NCBI GenBank assembly: GCA_963826535.1
Contig: CAWGXL010000002.1
Span: 96,654-160,653, forward strand
Source of the DNA: an uncultured bacterium
GTDB lineage: Bacteria > Patescibacteriota > Microgenomatia > Levybacterales > UBA12049
Direction: 5' to 3'
Length of the DNA stretch: 64,000 nucleotides
Shown here: positions 38,716 to 48,658 of the stretch, piece by piece
Numbering within the stretch: position 1 is the first letter of the stretch
How the letters are laid out: each line of letters opens with the position of its first letter
Made by a program: the position numbers and the translations under genes
Notes under the pieces: model-generated
Databases searched by the model: none
Told to the model about the DNA's origin: nothing
Seen by the model: the letters and a program-made list of their open reading frames with translations, nothing else

Positions 38716-39624
38716 TTATACCTTCCACCCAAGCCCTTTTTTTATATCTATTAAAGCTTTTTCATATTGCACTTTTGTTAGCTGATTATTAAGTATACAA
38801 TATTTTTTATTCTTCAAACCCACACACCCGAAACAGTCAGAGCAGTTTAAGAGCTTTGTACCGTAGTGACAATTCATGCAACCCTCACTATATGTTAAAA
38901 AAGCGCAGTTATAACAAAAATCAGTATAAACATTCTCATAACATAGCTCTGCAAAACGATTAGTCTCCGGAGTCCCTCCAGTATGAAATATATCCCAACA
39001 ATGCTTCGTTAAACCACAGAAGTACATAAATCCGGAATTTTCAGAATAGTAACCTTGAAATGCCCAGTAACAGTTCTTTGAGTTATAGATATAATTACCA
39101 TATGGACAGTTCTCGCTATTGGATTGCTGACTTGCAGGATGAGGGATTTTAGGTTTAATTTCAAGCATTTGGTTAAGAATCTTTTGAGGATCTTGCTTTT
39201 TTAAATCCTCAACTTTTTTCAAATATTCATCTTTGGTATATTGCCGGTTAAATATACAATATTTTTTGTGATTTAACCCGACGCATCCAAAACAGTCAGA
39301 GCAAGAGTTTAATAAAGCGGAAAAATGGCAATCTGTAGAATTATTACAATCAATTAAATATGTGGAGCTATAACACTTAGTACTTTCAATACATTCGTAG
39401 CATTTTTCCGACTCAGTCACAAAATCACAATCTACAAGTTTATTCCCCCAACCATAATATGTATAAATACTATCAAAAAGCCTAGTTCCATCAAAGCAAT
39501 AATAGTCGTTCTTTCCTATATAGACAGCATCTACATATTCGCACTCAACTGTATTAGGACCGATTGTTATCGCTGGCACGGGAACAGATTTCTTCAGAAG
39601 CTCATATTTTTCAAGGAAAGTCAT
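38716..39624 (-). CDS. Cysteine-rich repeat protein (paralogue 2)
   Basis: Colinear with paralogue 1 (MTFLEKYELLKKS...LGWKV). Confidence 0.8.
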   Translation of the reverse strand: MTFLEKYELLKKSVPVPAITIGPNTVECEYVDAVYIGKNDYYCFDGTRLFDSIYTYYGWGNKLVDCDFVTESEKCYECIESTKCYSSTYLIDCNNSTDCHFSALLNSCSDCFGCVGLNHKKYCIFNRQYTKDEYLKKVEDLKKQDPQKILNQMLEIKPKIPHPASQQSNSENCPYGNYIYNSKNCYWAFQGYYSENSGFMYFCGLTKHCWDIFHTGGTPETNRFAELCYENVYTDFCYNCAFLTYSEGCMNCHYGTKLLNCSDCFGCVGLKNKKYCILNNQLTKVQYEKALIDIKKGLGWKV

Positions 39625-39639
39625 TGTACCTAATTTTTA

Positions 39640-42000
39640 CTATAATCTTGCCCGTTGGGAGATTTCGGCTTCGATTACCTCGGCGTTGCGGCCGAATTTA
39701 AGTCTCGAGAGTTCTTTTATCAGGTCGGCGACTCTTACGTTGCTAAGTTCTTTTTCGCGGCTAATATCTTTAGTGGTATCAAGCGAGAAAGGCGGTACAG
39801 GCTCACCGTTTACCAGGGTTCTCATATAAGCATTATATTTGTCAACATTTATTAAATCTGTTTCATTAAACATCGGTTGGAATTCGCGCTGTAAATAGCT
39901 GGCATCATTGACGCCGACCCGGAATGAAGCAATTGTCCCCACGTTTCCGAAAATTGCGTTTTTAATCTCTTCCTCCATCTGGCCTATGAATTGATTTGCC
40001 ACGATAAGATTGAGGCGGTATTTACGGGCTTCGGAAAGGATTTGGGCAAAATCGGGAGTAGCGAAATTTTGGAATTCGTCAACGTAGAGGTAGAAGTCTC
40101 GTCGTTTGTCCATATCCATATCCTGGCGTGACATAGCGGCAACCAGTATCTTGGGAACTAAGACCAAGCCCAAAAAGCTGGCGTTTTCTTCGCCGATTTT
40201 TCCTTTAGATAAATTAATAAGAAGGATTTTTCTTTCATCCATAACTTTACGGAAATCGAATGAGCTTTTGGATTGGCCAATTATATTTCTTATCATTTTA
40301 TTTGTAACGAAACGGCCGAATTTAGAGACAATATAATCCATAACCTCGGATTTGTGAAAGTCGGATGTTGTCGCGATTTGATCAGTCCAGTAACGGCGGA
40401 TAATAGGATCCTGAACTTTGGGCAATAACTCCTGTACATAGGCTGGATCCGTAAGAATACGTACAACCTCAATAAAGGTGCTTCCCGGCTCGTACATGAC
40501 AGTTAACATAGCATTTCGAACAGCATGTTCAAAACGTGGTCCGATAATACCGGTTTTATTTGGATCGAAGAGCTTATACATTAACCCTATTATAGAGTTG
40601 GTAACAAAATGTTTTTGTTGTTCTGTCTGGGCATCAAGCATATTGAACCCCATCGGCCGCTCTAAATCTGATGGATCAAATAAAATAACTTCTTCGGCGC
40701 GGTTGGGCGGAATTTGGCGCAATACATCTTCTACTAAATCTCCATGTGGATCAACAACGGCTATTCCTTCGCCCGCGTGAATATCTTGCATGATCATACT
40801 TTTAAGGAATTCGCTTTTTCCGGTACCTGTTTTTCCGATGATATACGTATGCCTTCTTCTATCGTCTTGGCTAACATATACTCCACGATTGAGACCACGG
40901 AATGTGCTTTTGCCAAGGTAAAGACCGCTTGTCGGTAGATTGGATGGCGCCGGTGCACGTTTGGATGTCAGCCAGTGAATACCGGGCGTTGTTATACTTT
41001 TATTTGGGAAATGGAAGATGGTTGCGAGTTCCTCACTGGTATGTAATGATGACTGACCCCACAGCGGGAAGTATCTATAAATAAAATCATGCATAAAAAA
41101 ACCTTTCATGAGGTGTTTGTTTTTTCTGAAATAATTTTGACCGGCGTATTGACCGAAAGTATTGATAATATTATTTAAGTGTGATTGTGCTGCTTGTTTT
41201 GTAGTAGAACATACAACAATCCTTATAACAGTATCAAACCCAACTTTGTTGATAGAACCTTCAATGCCCTCAAGCTCTTTCGCATCGGTTTTATATTTAG
41301 CAGTTTCCGGGCTGGCTTCATTTTTTTTAGTTTTACTAATATATCCCCTCCCTGATTTTTTCCAGTGATCACCTGCAGGCCTGACCAATATTTGAATTGT
41401 CGCCCCTTCTCCTTCACCCATTTTTGCAAGGACAGAGGTAATCGATGACAACGGGTCAACCGGCATATCTTTGAAGACTCTTATAGGTATATAGGAACTA
41501 TTTTTCTGATGTAATGAAGCAAAAGCTACTTTTCCATTTTCAGTAAAGATTTGGTATTCAGTTCCTACTACGTTGCCCGCTTTCTGTTTTGCAGTTGGAT
41601 CATTGACCGGCACGACTTCAGCATCCGGATAGGAGCCATTAATTTGCTTTTCTATGAAATCCCGATGTTTATTCGGAACCCAGACATAGAAACGAATTTC
41701 ACCCGGAAGTCCTACGACTTCAAAAGACAGGTGAGGTTGTGTTTTAAAGAATTCGAGCCATCCGATTTCCCTAAGCGATGCAAGTCCCGAAAACATTTGC
41801 TCGGCGGCATCTATTTTGATCTCATTTTCCCGTGGAACTGTTACCTGCAATAGGGTCGAATTTAGTGACTCTTGTTCGCGGTTTCTATTCCGAAACCAGA
41901 TAAGCAATGTATATCCAAATAACCACAAAAACCCTATCGTAACTGAAATAACAATTAAAGTAATAATAACGGTTATAATGAGAGAATTTATATTATCCAT
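39640..42000 (-). CDS. VirD4/TraG-TraD-like coupling ATPase with N-terminal TM
   Basis: HTYIIGKTGTGKS, VVDPHGDL, LYVDEFQNF, SEARKYRLNLIVANQ. Confidence 0.88.
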   Translation of the reverse strand: MDNINSLIITVIITLIVISVTIGFLWLFGYTLLIWFRNRNREQESLNSTLLQVTVPRENEIKIDAAEQMFSGLASLREIGWLEFFKTQPHLSFEVVGLPGEIRFYVWVPNKHRDFIEKQINGSYPDAEVVPVNDPTAKQKAGNVVGTEYQIFTENGKVAFASLHQKNSSYIPIRVFKDMPVDPLSSITSVLAKMGEGEGATIQILVRPAGDHWKKSGRGYISKTKKNEASPETAKYKTDAKELEGIEGSINKVGFDTVIRIVVCSTTKQAAQSHLNNIINTFGQYAGQNYFRKNKHLMKGFFMHDFIYRYFPLWGQSSLHTSEELATIFHFPNKSITTPGIHWLTSKRAPAPSNLPTSGLYLGKSTFRGLNRGVYVSQDDRRRHTYIIGKTGTGKSEFLKSMIMQDIHAGEGIAVVDPHGDLVEDVLRQIPPNRAEEVILFDPSDLERPMGFNMLDAQTEQQKHFVTNSIIGLMYKLFDPNKTGIIGPRFEHAVRNAMLTVMYEPGSTFIEVVRILTDPAYVQELLPKVQDPIIRRYWTDQIATTSDFHKSEVMDYIVSKFGRFVTNKMIRNIIGQSKSSFDFRKVMDERKILLINLSKGKIGEENASFLGLVLVPKILVAAMSRQDMDMDKRRDFYLYVDEFQNFATPDFAQILSEARKYRLNLIVANQFIGQMEEEIKNAIFGNVGTIASFRVGVNDASYLQREFQPMFNETDLINVDKYNAYMRTLVNGEPVPPFSLDTTKDISREKELSNVRVADLIKELSRLKFGRNAEVIEAEISQRARL

Positions 42001-42006
42001 TTTTCT

Positions 42007-42534
42007 TTAAATTGAGGCTTGTTTATTTTGTTTTACATCTTTGACTGCATCCGGGTCGTATTTACACCATTGGTACATTATCATAGCCGCAAGCCAATGG
42101 GTTGAGTCTAAAAATTCAGTATTTTTTAACTTTTGCAGCGCTTGTGGATAATTCATTGGGAGGTGGATCGTACCGGTTGGAGTCTTGATAATTGGCGTTG
42201 AATCTACGGCAGGAGTAACTGCCGTAACCTTTTGAATTTCTTTTTCTAATTTTAACTCGCGGCCATCAGGACCATGTTCGACTATATTTTTTAATTCTTG
42301 CGGAATCATAACTTCGGGGGATAACGAAGTAGTTATTTCAGGCGTTACAGTTTCCGCGCTATGAGTGGATTCGGATACCGGCACAGCAATTGTTGGCTCC
42401 TGTTCTTTATTCCCGGTGATTACCGCCGGTTCAGGCATATCTCCGCTTTGTTGCCCAGCTGTTGCAGCCGGTTGACCCGTTATATTTGTTTGAGGTGGAA
42501 CTGTTTGTTTTTGTAATTGTTTTGGATCCTGCAT
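42007..42534 (-). CDS. Hypothetical protein
   Basis: Pro/Thr/Gln-rich N-terminus, DSTHWLA C-terminal motif. Confidence 0.65.
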   Translation of the reverse strand: MQDPKQLQKQTVPPQTNITGQPAATAGQQSGDMPEPAVITGNKEQEPTIAVPVSESTHSAETVTPEITTSLSPEVMIPQELKNIVEHGPDGRELKLEKEIQKVTAVTPAVDSTPIIKTPTGTIHLPMNYPQALQKLKNTEFLDSTHWLAAMIMYQWCKYDPDAVKDVKQNKQASI

Positions 42535-42613
42535 ATGTCTATCTTACCATGTGGATTTGAAATAAACAATTAAATTAGCCTGACACTTTCATTACAAAAC
42601 GATTATTATCTGC

Positions 42614-43831
42614 TTATTTGGTTAAAATATAATCAACAACCTCATCAGCAATCTCTCTTTTAGATTTATGTGAAAATTTTTTAGATTTCCCGTTCTTTGA
42701 AACTACTATAACTTCATTCGTGTCTTCATTAATACCTTGATTTGGCTTTCCCACATCATTAATAACAAGTATATCAATGGGCGTTTTTTTCAGTTTTTCG
42801 CGTGCTTCTATTACTAACTCTTTATCTGTTTTCTGCCATTCTGCTTTAAAAGCGATTAAATTAATTTTAGGATTGGCTTTTTTAATGTAAGTATATATTT
42901 TATCTCTTTTTTTTAACCTAATTGTTACCGCTTTTTCACTCGGTATTTTCCCATCCCATGCTGTGGGTTTAAAATCAGATACAGCAGCAGCATGAAAACA
43001 AATATCAGAATCTGGGGAATATTTTTTTACGAGTTCCGCGAGCTCATCAGCCGTTTCAAATTCATGTTGTTCTATCTGAAAACGTGGAATAACAGATGTT
43101 TTAGAACGAAGCAAAATTACCTTTGCCCCCCGTAAATAACAACTTTCCGCAATTGCCACTCCCATTTTCCCTGAACTTTTGTTTAAAATAAATCTGACAT
43201 CATCAATTTTTTCCATAGTTCCGCCGGCTGTTACTAATATTCTTTCCCCTTTTAATAATTCATTTCTTTTTAATAACCGCAATGACTCATCAAAAATTTT
43301 GGTAATATCTGTCAAGCGCCCGGCACCTTCATAACCACAAGCCAGTAATCCGGAATCAGGATTTATTATTTGATAACCTCTCCCTTTAAGTTTATGAACA
43401 TTTTCTTGCGTCGTCGGATTGTGCCACATATTCACATTCATAGATGGAAAAATAAGAATAGGAGCTTTGGTAGCAAGTAGGGTAGTGGCAAGAAAGTCAT
43501 CTGCAATTCCATGTGCCATTTTGGCAATAATATTTGCCGTAGCAGGCGCAACAAGAAATAAATCCGCTTTATCTGCAAGTTGAATATGGTCAACTTCTCT
43601 TTTTTCCAGTATTTCTTTGTAATCAAAGTCTTTGGAAAATAAATATCTATAAACTTTGTTGCCGGTTAGATTTTCAAATTCATCTGGCGAAATCATTTTT
43701 GTAGCATTATCCGTCATGATTACAAAAACTTTTATACCTAGTTTCTTAAAAGCAGTTATGAGCTCCTTGATCTTAAAAGCAGCAATTCCTCCACATATAC
43801 CAATAACAACAGTTTTCGTACGAAAATCCAT
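42614..43831 (-). CDS. coaBC: Phosphopantothenoylcysteine decarboxylase/synthase
   Basis: GGIAAFK, APATANIIAK, PSMNVNMW, LACGYEGAGRL, NKSSGKMG, AAVSDF. Confidence 0.95.
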   Translation of the reverse strand: MDFRTKTVVIGICGGIAAFKIKELITAFKKLGIKVFVIMTDNATKMISPDEFENLTGNKVYRYLFSKDFDYKEILEKREVDHIQLADKADLFLVAPATANIIAKMAHGIADDFLATTLLATKAPILIFPSMNVNMWHNPTTQENVHKLKGRGYQIINPDSGLLACGYEGAGRLTDITKIFDESLRLLKRNELLKGERILVTAGGTMEKIDDVRFILNKSSGKMGVAIAESCYLRGAKVILLRSKTSVIPRFQIEQHEFETADELAELVKKYSPDSDICFHAAAVSDFKPTAWDGKIPSEKAVTIRLKKRDKIYTYIKKANPKINLIAFKAEWQKTDKELVIEAREKLKKTPIDILVINDVGKPNQGINEDTNEVIVVSKNGKSKKFSHKSKREIADEVVDYILTK

Positions 43832-43850
43832 AATAATAAATTATTATAAC

Positions 43851-44000
43851 CTACTTTCCGGGCTTCCAACCGCAGAGTGGGCAGGCTGTTAAATCGCCTT
43901 TTTGAATATTTAGTGTATCTTCATCATCCGCCACCCATCCACATTCTTTGCAAATGATTTTGAAACAAACCTCACATTTATTAGTTTTATTAGAGCTCAT
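43851..44000 (-). CDS. Small Cys-rich zinc-finger protein
   Basis: CEVC, CKEC and CPLC in ~49 aa. Confidence 0.55.
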   Translation of the reverse strand: MSSNKTNKCEVCFKIICKECGWVADDEDTLNIQKGDLTACPLCGWKPGK

Positions 44001-44008
44001 ATTATAGC

Positions 44009-45479
44009 TTAACAAGCATACGGAGCACTGCACCCATTTACAGGACATTTAATCCTGCCATTACTTATAGTTGCGTCGATATCAGCTACACCACAAACCG
44101 GGCAATTTTTGCAGTGTAAAGTCTTCTCCCCAAATGAAATTTTTTCTGAATCAACAACACCTAATCTTGGAGTTACTGAATTTACTACAACAGTTTTACC
44201 TGAAGCTCCTCCGCCACCAGCACATCCTGGCTGTTCCGCAATAGCATTCAATATACTTCCAAAAGACTTCACATCAATCTGATTTGGCTTATACCACGTA
44301 TCGGGTTTTAATATAACTCTTTGTTTTTTTGCCGCTTCTTCGGTATAGTACAACTGAGACATACGAAGAATTGTCGCAGCAATAGCTTTTTGTAAATCAT
44401 GCTTGGTTAGTCCCTCTTGCAGACAATAAACCTCAAAATCTGCGATCATTTGTTGCGTTTTCTCATTGAATTGATATAGCCTTTCGCCTTGCAATATATC
44501 CTTATATACATCCTCCCATCCTGTTTTTTCCTGTGTGACTGAGTTTTTAAAAGCATGAGTTGATCTAACTTTCTCTAAGACTCCCACCACATCACTCACG
44601 CTTTGTATCTCTTCACTCTCTCCCGGTTTTATAGCAGCAACTGCCTCTACATATTCTTCAATCGATGCCATGACCGGAAGTCTTTTTCCTGTAAGCCTGT
44701 AAATAACTTCACGACTTTCCTGATGTGTAAAGTTTGTTTTCACTGTATAGTTAGTAACTGAATCAGCTTTCTTCTGCATTATAAAAAAGTATGAATCGGG
44801 ATATGTTATTTGTTCACCACTATCTGTTGTTAATCCGGAATCTCCTTTTGGACTTGTCATCACAGCTATTGACCCATCAGGAGTATCTTTCGGAAAGAAA
44901 AAACTTTTTCATTGCCATTATGGATCTCTTTACTGATCCGTTTCTTTCATTTTCTGAAACAATCTCTTCCATATCTGAATATGAATTTCTTGAGCGCTCT
45001 GATTTTCCATAAGAACGATCTTCAAGCCTATTTGGATCTATAGGATCTCTAAAATATTTAGTAGGATAAACCAGATGATTTGATAAATATTCAAGCTTAA
45101 AGCCTAATAAGTCTTTTTCTGTTTTCTGAACCCAGTCCGACATATCTCCCGAACTATTTAGATCTTTTATTAAAGCGAGTTGTAATTTCATAATAAAACC
45201 GACTTCTGATTTTTTTCCCCGTAAATTGTACCAATCCTTAGGTAACTTTTCTTTTAGCCAGTTGTAGTCAAAGTGGCTGATATAATCTGCTAACGTACTA
45301 TTCTCGGTATGCTTTTTTTCTTTTACCTCTTCCTTTTTTCGTTGGCGGTAATTATCTAAATAAAATATTTTTGCGTCATGAATAGGTGGTCGGGGATACT
45401 CAATAATCCTTGTACGCGCAGTATTTCTTACTTTGAATAATTGTTCATCCTGGGGTAAATATCTCGCTGCTTCTACCAT
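44009..45479 (-). pseudogene. Single hypothetical gene with C-terminal zinc ribbon, split by a +1 frameshift near 44890
   Basis: ORF 44877..45479 (...FFLS) joins ORF 44009..44863 through KDTPDGSIAVMTSPKG if one base is removed. Span is 1471 = 3n+1. Confidence 0.6.
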
Positions 45480-45502
45480 ATTAATTTTATCATTTCCTGT
45501 GT

Positions 45503-46045
45503 TTACTTTTTAATCCACTTTGTTTCTCTCTTTTTTTCTCTGAAATTAACGTATCGTGCAATGGTAAAGAAGAGATCGGATAGGCGGTTGAGATAAATCA
45601 TAATTGCAATATCTACATCTTCATTCTTCATCAAAGCAACAACGCGGCGTTCTGCTCGTCTGGCAATAGTACGGCATATATGTAATTGGGAGCCTGTTTT
45701 TCCTCCGCCCGGTAAAATAAAATTTTTAAGTGGCGGGAGCTTAATTGTCAATTTATCGATTAACTTTTCAAAATCCAGCGGACGTTTCTCAAGTCCGGGG
45801 ATCGGCTCCGCTTCCGGTGTAGATAAAGCTGATCCTATTTCAAATAGATCGTGCTGAATCTCTTCAAGTTCTTTTTTGAGTTGTTTAAATTTTTTTGGAG
45901 AAAGAAATGCAAGAGCAACACCAATGGAACTATTGAGCTCATCAATTGTGCCGTATGTTTCAACGCGCGCGTTTGCTTTAGAAACTCTAGTCCCATCGAT
46001 AAGCGAAGTTTTCCCTTTATCTCCGGTACGGGTATAGATTGGCAT
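45503..46045 (-). CDS. pduO: PduO-type ATP:cob(I)alamin adenosyltransferase
   Basis: IYTRTGDKGKT, YGTIDELNS, FILPGG, RTIARRAER, YLNRLSDLFF. Confidence 0.93.
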   Translation of the reverse strand: MPIYTRTGDKGKTSLIDGTRVSKANARVETYGTIDELNSSIGVALAFLSPKKFKQLKKELEEIQHDLFEIGSALSTPEAEPIPGLEKRPLDFEKLIDKLTIKLPPLKNFILPGGGKTGSQLHICRTIARRAERRVVALMKNEDVDIAIMIYLNRLSDLFFTIARYVNFREKKRETKWIKK

Positions 46046-46078
46046 AATAGTTAAAAGTTTAAAGTACAAAATTAAAAG

Positions 46079-46627
46079 TTAAACTTGCGTATTGGCAGCT
46101 TGTAAGTTTTTTCTTAATCTCAAGGCTGCTTCGTAACCCATAAAGAATAAACCTGTATAGAGGAAGTCGCCGATTAATGTATTTCTAAAAAAAGGAATTG
46201 CTGCCACAAAACAGTCAATCAGCCCTGAAAATGTTTTAGGGTACATGGTACCAATTAGCCAAACACCAAAGTTAGTAATGAGATAAAAAAGTAAGGAAGA
46301 CAAAAGAGTGGCAATTATAATGTTTGTTGTTTTTTTGTGTTTTTTTAGCCAAATACCAATGCAGCCGATAAGTAAAAAACTGCCATAGACAAACACCATC
46401 TTTTCCATACCGTAAAAACCGAGAAATAGATCTGAAAAGAATAAAGCTAAGAGGGGAATTATGATAGCGTATTTTTTGTCCAGGTAAGCTCCGCCGAATA
46501 AAGCCATAGCGGCGATTGGAGCGATGTTGGGTGGGTGCGGAAGCAAGCGCAATACTGCGGCAATAGTGATTATTACCAGTGGACTAATGAAGTAGCTAAT
46601 TTTCAATTTAAAATTTTTAATTTTCAT
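46079..46627 (-). CDS. Predicted cobalamin ECF-type S-component (DUF6580-like)
   Basis: RLLPHPPNIAPIAAMALFGG, SDLFLG, TNFGVW, AIPFFRNTLIGD, and the riboswitch context. Confidence 0.8.
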   Translation of the reverse strand: MKIKNFKLKISYFISPLVIITIAAVLRLLPHPPNIAPIAAMALFGGAYLDKKYAIIIPLLALFFSDLFLGFYGMEKMVFVYGSFLLIGCIGIWLKKHKKTTNIIIATLLSSLLFYLITNFGVWLIGTMYPKTFSGLIDCFVAAIPFFRNTLIGDFLYTGLFFMGYEAALRLRKNLQAANTQV

Positions 46628-46653
46628 TTTAGTATTTCAAATTACTCAGATTA

Positions 46654-46766
46654 TTGTCATTCCCCTGCACAGGGGAATCCAGAAGATATAAATAACTTTT
46701 CCTTATAACAAGTAAATGTAATAACTTGTTTTACCTCCTGGATTCCCGCGTTCGCGGGAATGACAA
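46654..46766. repeat. REP/MITE-like element with palindromic inverted termini
   Basis: TTGTCATTCCC-N8-GGGAATCCAG ... CTGGATTCCC-N8-GGGAATGACAA. Confidence 0.85.
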
Positions 46767-46777
46767 CTGCTTATGAG

Positions 46778-47152
46778 TTAATATTTTTCTATTTTCCATT
46801 CAATCGTATCTGTGTCTTGCGTTTGGTACTCTGCCGGTCCAACTTCTGACATTTTGCTGTTTATGTAAAATGCCCAGTATTCATGCTTGGAATTATCGGC
46901 CTCGCGGCCATTGATAGTTGTGACCAGGCCTGACTTGTCTTGTTTAATTCCATATTTTTGCTTGAGGAGTGTAAGAGCGTCTTTGCCTTTTTGGCCTTTA
47001 TATGTATAGTTTTGGGAGTGGGTTTCTTGTTGAACTGTTTTAGTAGGAGCAATTGTAGGTTTTGGCTGTATAAATAGCGGGACAGAAGAAATTAAAGCTA
47101 CGAATATAATAATTAAGAAGATATTTTTTTGGTTTAGAAATGTTTTTCTCAT
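46778..47152 (-). CDS. DUF4430 (transcobalamin C-terminal-like) secreted protein
   Basis: N-terminal TM, ALTLL, LVTTING, YWAFYIN...VGPAEY...DTIEWK. Confidence 0.85.
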   Translation of the reverse strand: MRKTFLNQKNIFLIIIFVALISSVPLFIQPKPTIAPTKTVQQETHSQNYTYKGQKGKDALTLLKQKYGIKQDKSGLVTTINGREADNSKHEYWAFYINSKMSEVGPAEYQTQDTDTIEWKIEKY

Positions 47153-47258
47153 AAAAAAATCCCTCTCGTTTTTTGTCCCGAGAAGGATACGTAATTTTGA
47201 TTCCAGTCAGGCACAAGTCTATGCCTGACCCCGCTCTGCGGGGCTCGGGACGAAATAA

Positions 47259-47330
47259 TGCTCTCTAGTTTTCTGGCTATACAGTTGCGGCTCAGCCATG
47301 GATTTTCACCATGATTGCCTAAAAGAGCGT
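47259..47330 (-). promoter_or_regulatory. Compact cobalamin riboswitch (AdoCbl-variant/class II-like)
   Basis: Reverse complement GCTCT..AGGCAATCATGGTGAAAATCCATGGCTGAGCCGCAACTGTATAGCCAGAAAACTAGAGAGC has the GGTG-AAAT-CC, CCGCAACTGT and AGCCAG signatures. It sits upstream of B12 genes. Confidence 0.82.
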
Positions 47331-47398
47331 TCTAATTTAAATCAATAATACACTTAATTTTTTGTTTTAGCAAGGTTTAATTTTTTTTAATTAGGGCT

Positions 47399-47845
47399 CT
47401 AAATTTTTGTTTTCAATTCCTTACGAAACTTGTTTATAAAATCTCCGGGTTTTAACACTTCAATCGGCTTTAGGTACTCAATAACACCCTTTTTGAAAAA
47501 TCCTTTATCAAAAGAAATAACGAACTGAATACGTGTAGCCCGTTTTGCTGCGGCAATGATTGGCTCATCTTTGAAATTACTAAACGCGTCGTGCGCTTTT
47601 TTAATCTCTTCTTCGGTGGCATCATCGACAATTGTAAGAATGTTTTTACTGAGTATCGCTTCAAATCTGAGCGTTTCTTGCTCATTCCCATCTTTTATAT
47701 TGTTATTTTGCACTTCAAATACGACTTTTTTCGAAATATAGCATTTCAGTTTCCCCCGTATACAGTAGTCTATAATGAACGCAGAGGCTCCCTTTTTGGA
47801 TCTACAGAATGACAGCAGTACCGATGAGTCAAGAAATATATGCAT
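47399..47845 (-). CDS. PIN-domain toxin
   Basis: IFLDSSVLLS, DEPIIAAA, ISFDKGF. Confidence 0.88.
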   Translation of the reverse strand: MHIFLDSSVLLSFCRSKKGASAFIIDYCIRGKLKCYISKKVVFEVQNNNIKDGNEQETLRFEAILSKNILTIVDDATEEEIKKAHDAFSNFKDEPIIAAAKRATRIQFVISFDKGFFKKGVIEYLKPIEVLKPGDFINKFRKELKTKI

Positions 47846-48126
47846 TATGGGAGATCAGACAAACGTTTTTCAACCTCGGAAGCAAGCGGCTCCGGCAGCT
47901 TATCTTCTTTCACCCATTCATCAATTTGATTTTTGCTAAACTTCCTGTAGTCAGCATAATGTGCAACTTTTCTTGATTGAATAATGAGCTTATCTCCCTC
48001 CACTTTCGCTTTTGCCACGTCTCCTTCGTCAAGACCCAATTGTTTACGAAATTGTTTTGGAATAGTGATGACCCCTTTCGGCAAAATCTTGATCCATGTT
48101 TCCCGTGATTTAATTTGTGTTTGCAT
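47845..48126 (-). CDS. AbrB/MazE-family antitoxin
   Basis: KGVITIPKQFRKQLGLDEGD. Confidence 0.9.
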   Translation of the reverse strand: MQTQIKSRETWIKILPKGVITIPKQFRKQLGLDEGDVAKAKVEGDKLIIQSRKVAHYADYRKFSKNQIDEWVKEDKLPEPLASEVEKRLSDLP

Positions 48127-48137
48127 ATTTCACCTTC

Positions 48138-48160
48138 TATGGAATTAACAGAATTCCATA
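48138..48160. promoter_or_regulatory. Palindromic operator upstream of the AbrB-PIN pair
   Basis: TATGGAATT-N5-AATTCCATA, a perfect 9-bp inverted repeat. Confidence 0.7.
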
Positions 48161-48247
48161 TTGCCATATTAAGTTATTACGAGAGGGAAGTCAAGCTCAA
48201 ATTTAGGATAAATGTCAACTTTGCTACTAATTTTACAAACTAATGGT

Positions 48248-48658
48248 TTAGCGGGGCATTGGCTTGTAAATGATTGCTGATTTATTACAAGAAACTTTTA
48301 GATCAATTATTGTAGTTTTATCGTTCCCGGGTTTTGGTGTTATATCGTATTTTTTTATACTTCTTAGATCCCAAAAGGAAAACATTTCTCTATGAGAAAT
48401 GGTTTGCGGTAACTCATTACTTAAATCTGGGTTGTTTATTTTAGTTTCCTCTGTAGCCCTTATCTCTAGAGAACCACCATTTTTAACTATTGCTAGCAAG
48501 CCTCCTATTTTTTCCGGCTCATTTATTGTCGGATGTATGATTTTGCCTTTTTCTTTTGGTCCTGTATTGCAATCAACTAAATCTGATCTATCTCCTTCTG
48601 CACAACCTACAAGTAAAGTTGTTGCTAAGGCAAGCTCTCCTAGTTCTATTCCTCTCAT
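48248..48658 (-). CDS. Hypothetical lipoprotein
   Basis: LLVGC lipobox, TATAAT 6 nt upstream of the ATG. Confidence 0.6.
   Translation of the reverse strand: MRGIELGELALATTLLVGCAEGDRSDLVDCNTGPKEKGKIIHPTINEPEKIGGLLAIVKNGGSLEIRATEETKINNPDLSNELPQTISHREMFSFWDLRSIKKYDITPKPGNDKTTIIDLKVSCNKSAIIYKPMPR

Noticed and set aside
37803-39624. Diversity-generating retroelement TR/VR pair
   Set aside because: The shared tract is identical rather than adenine-variable, both copies are coding, and no reverse transcriptase is in the window.
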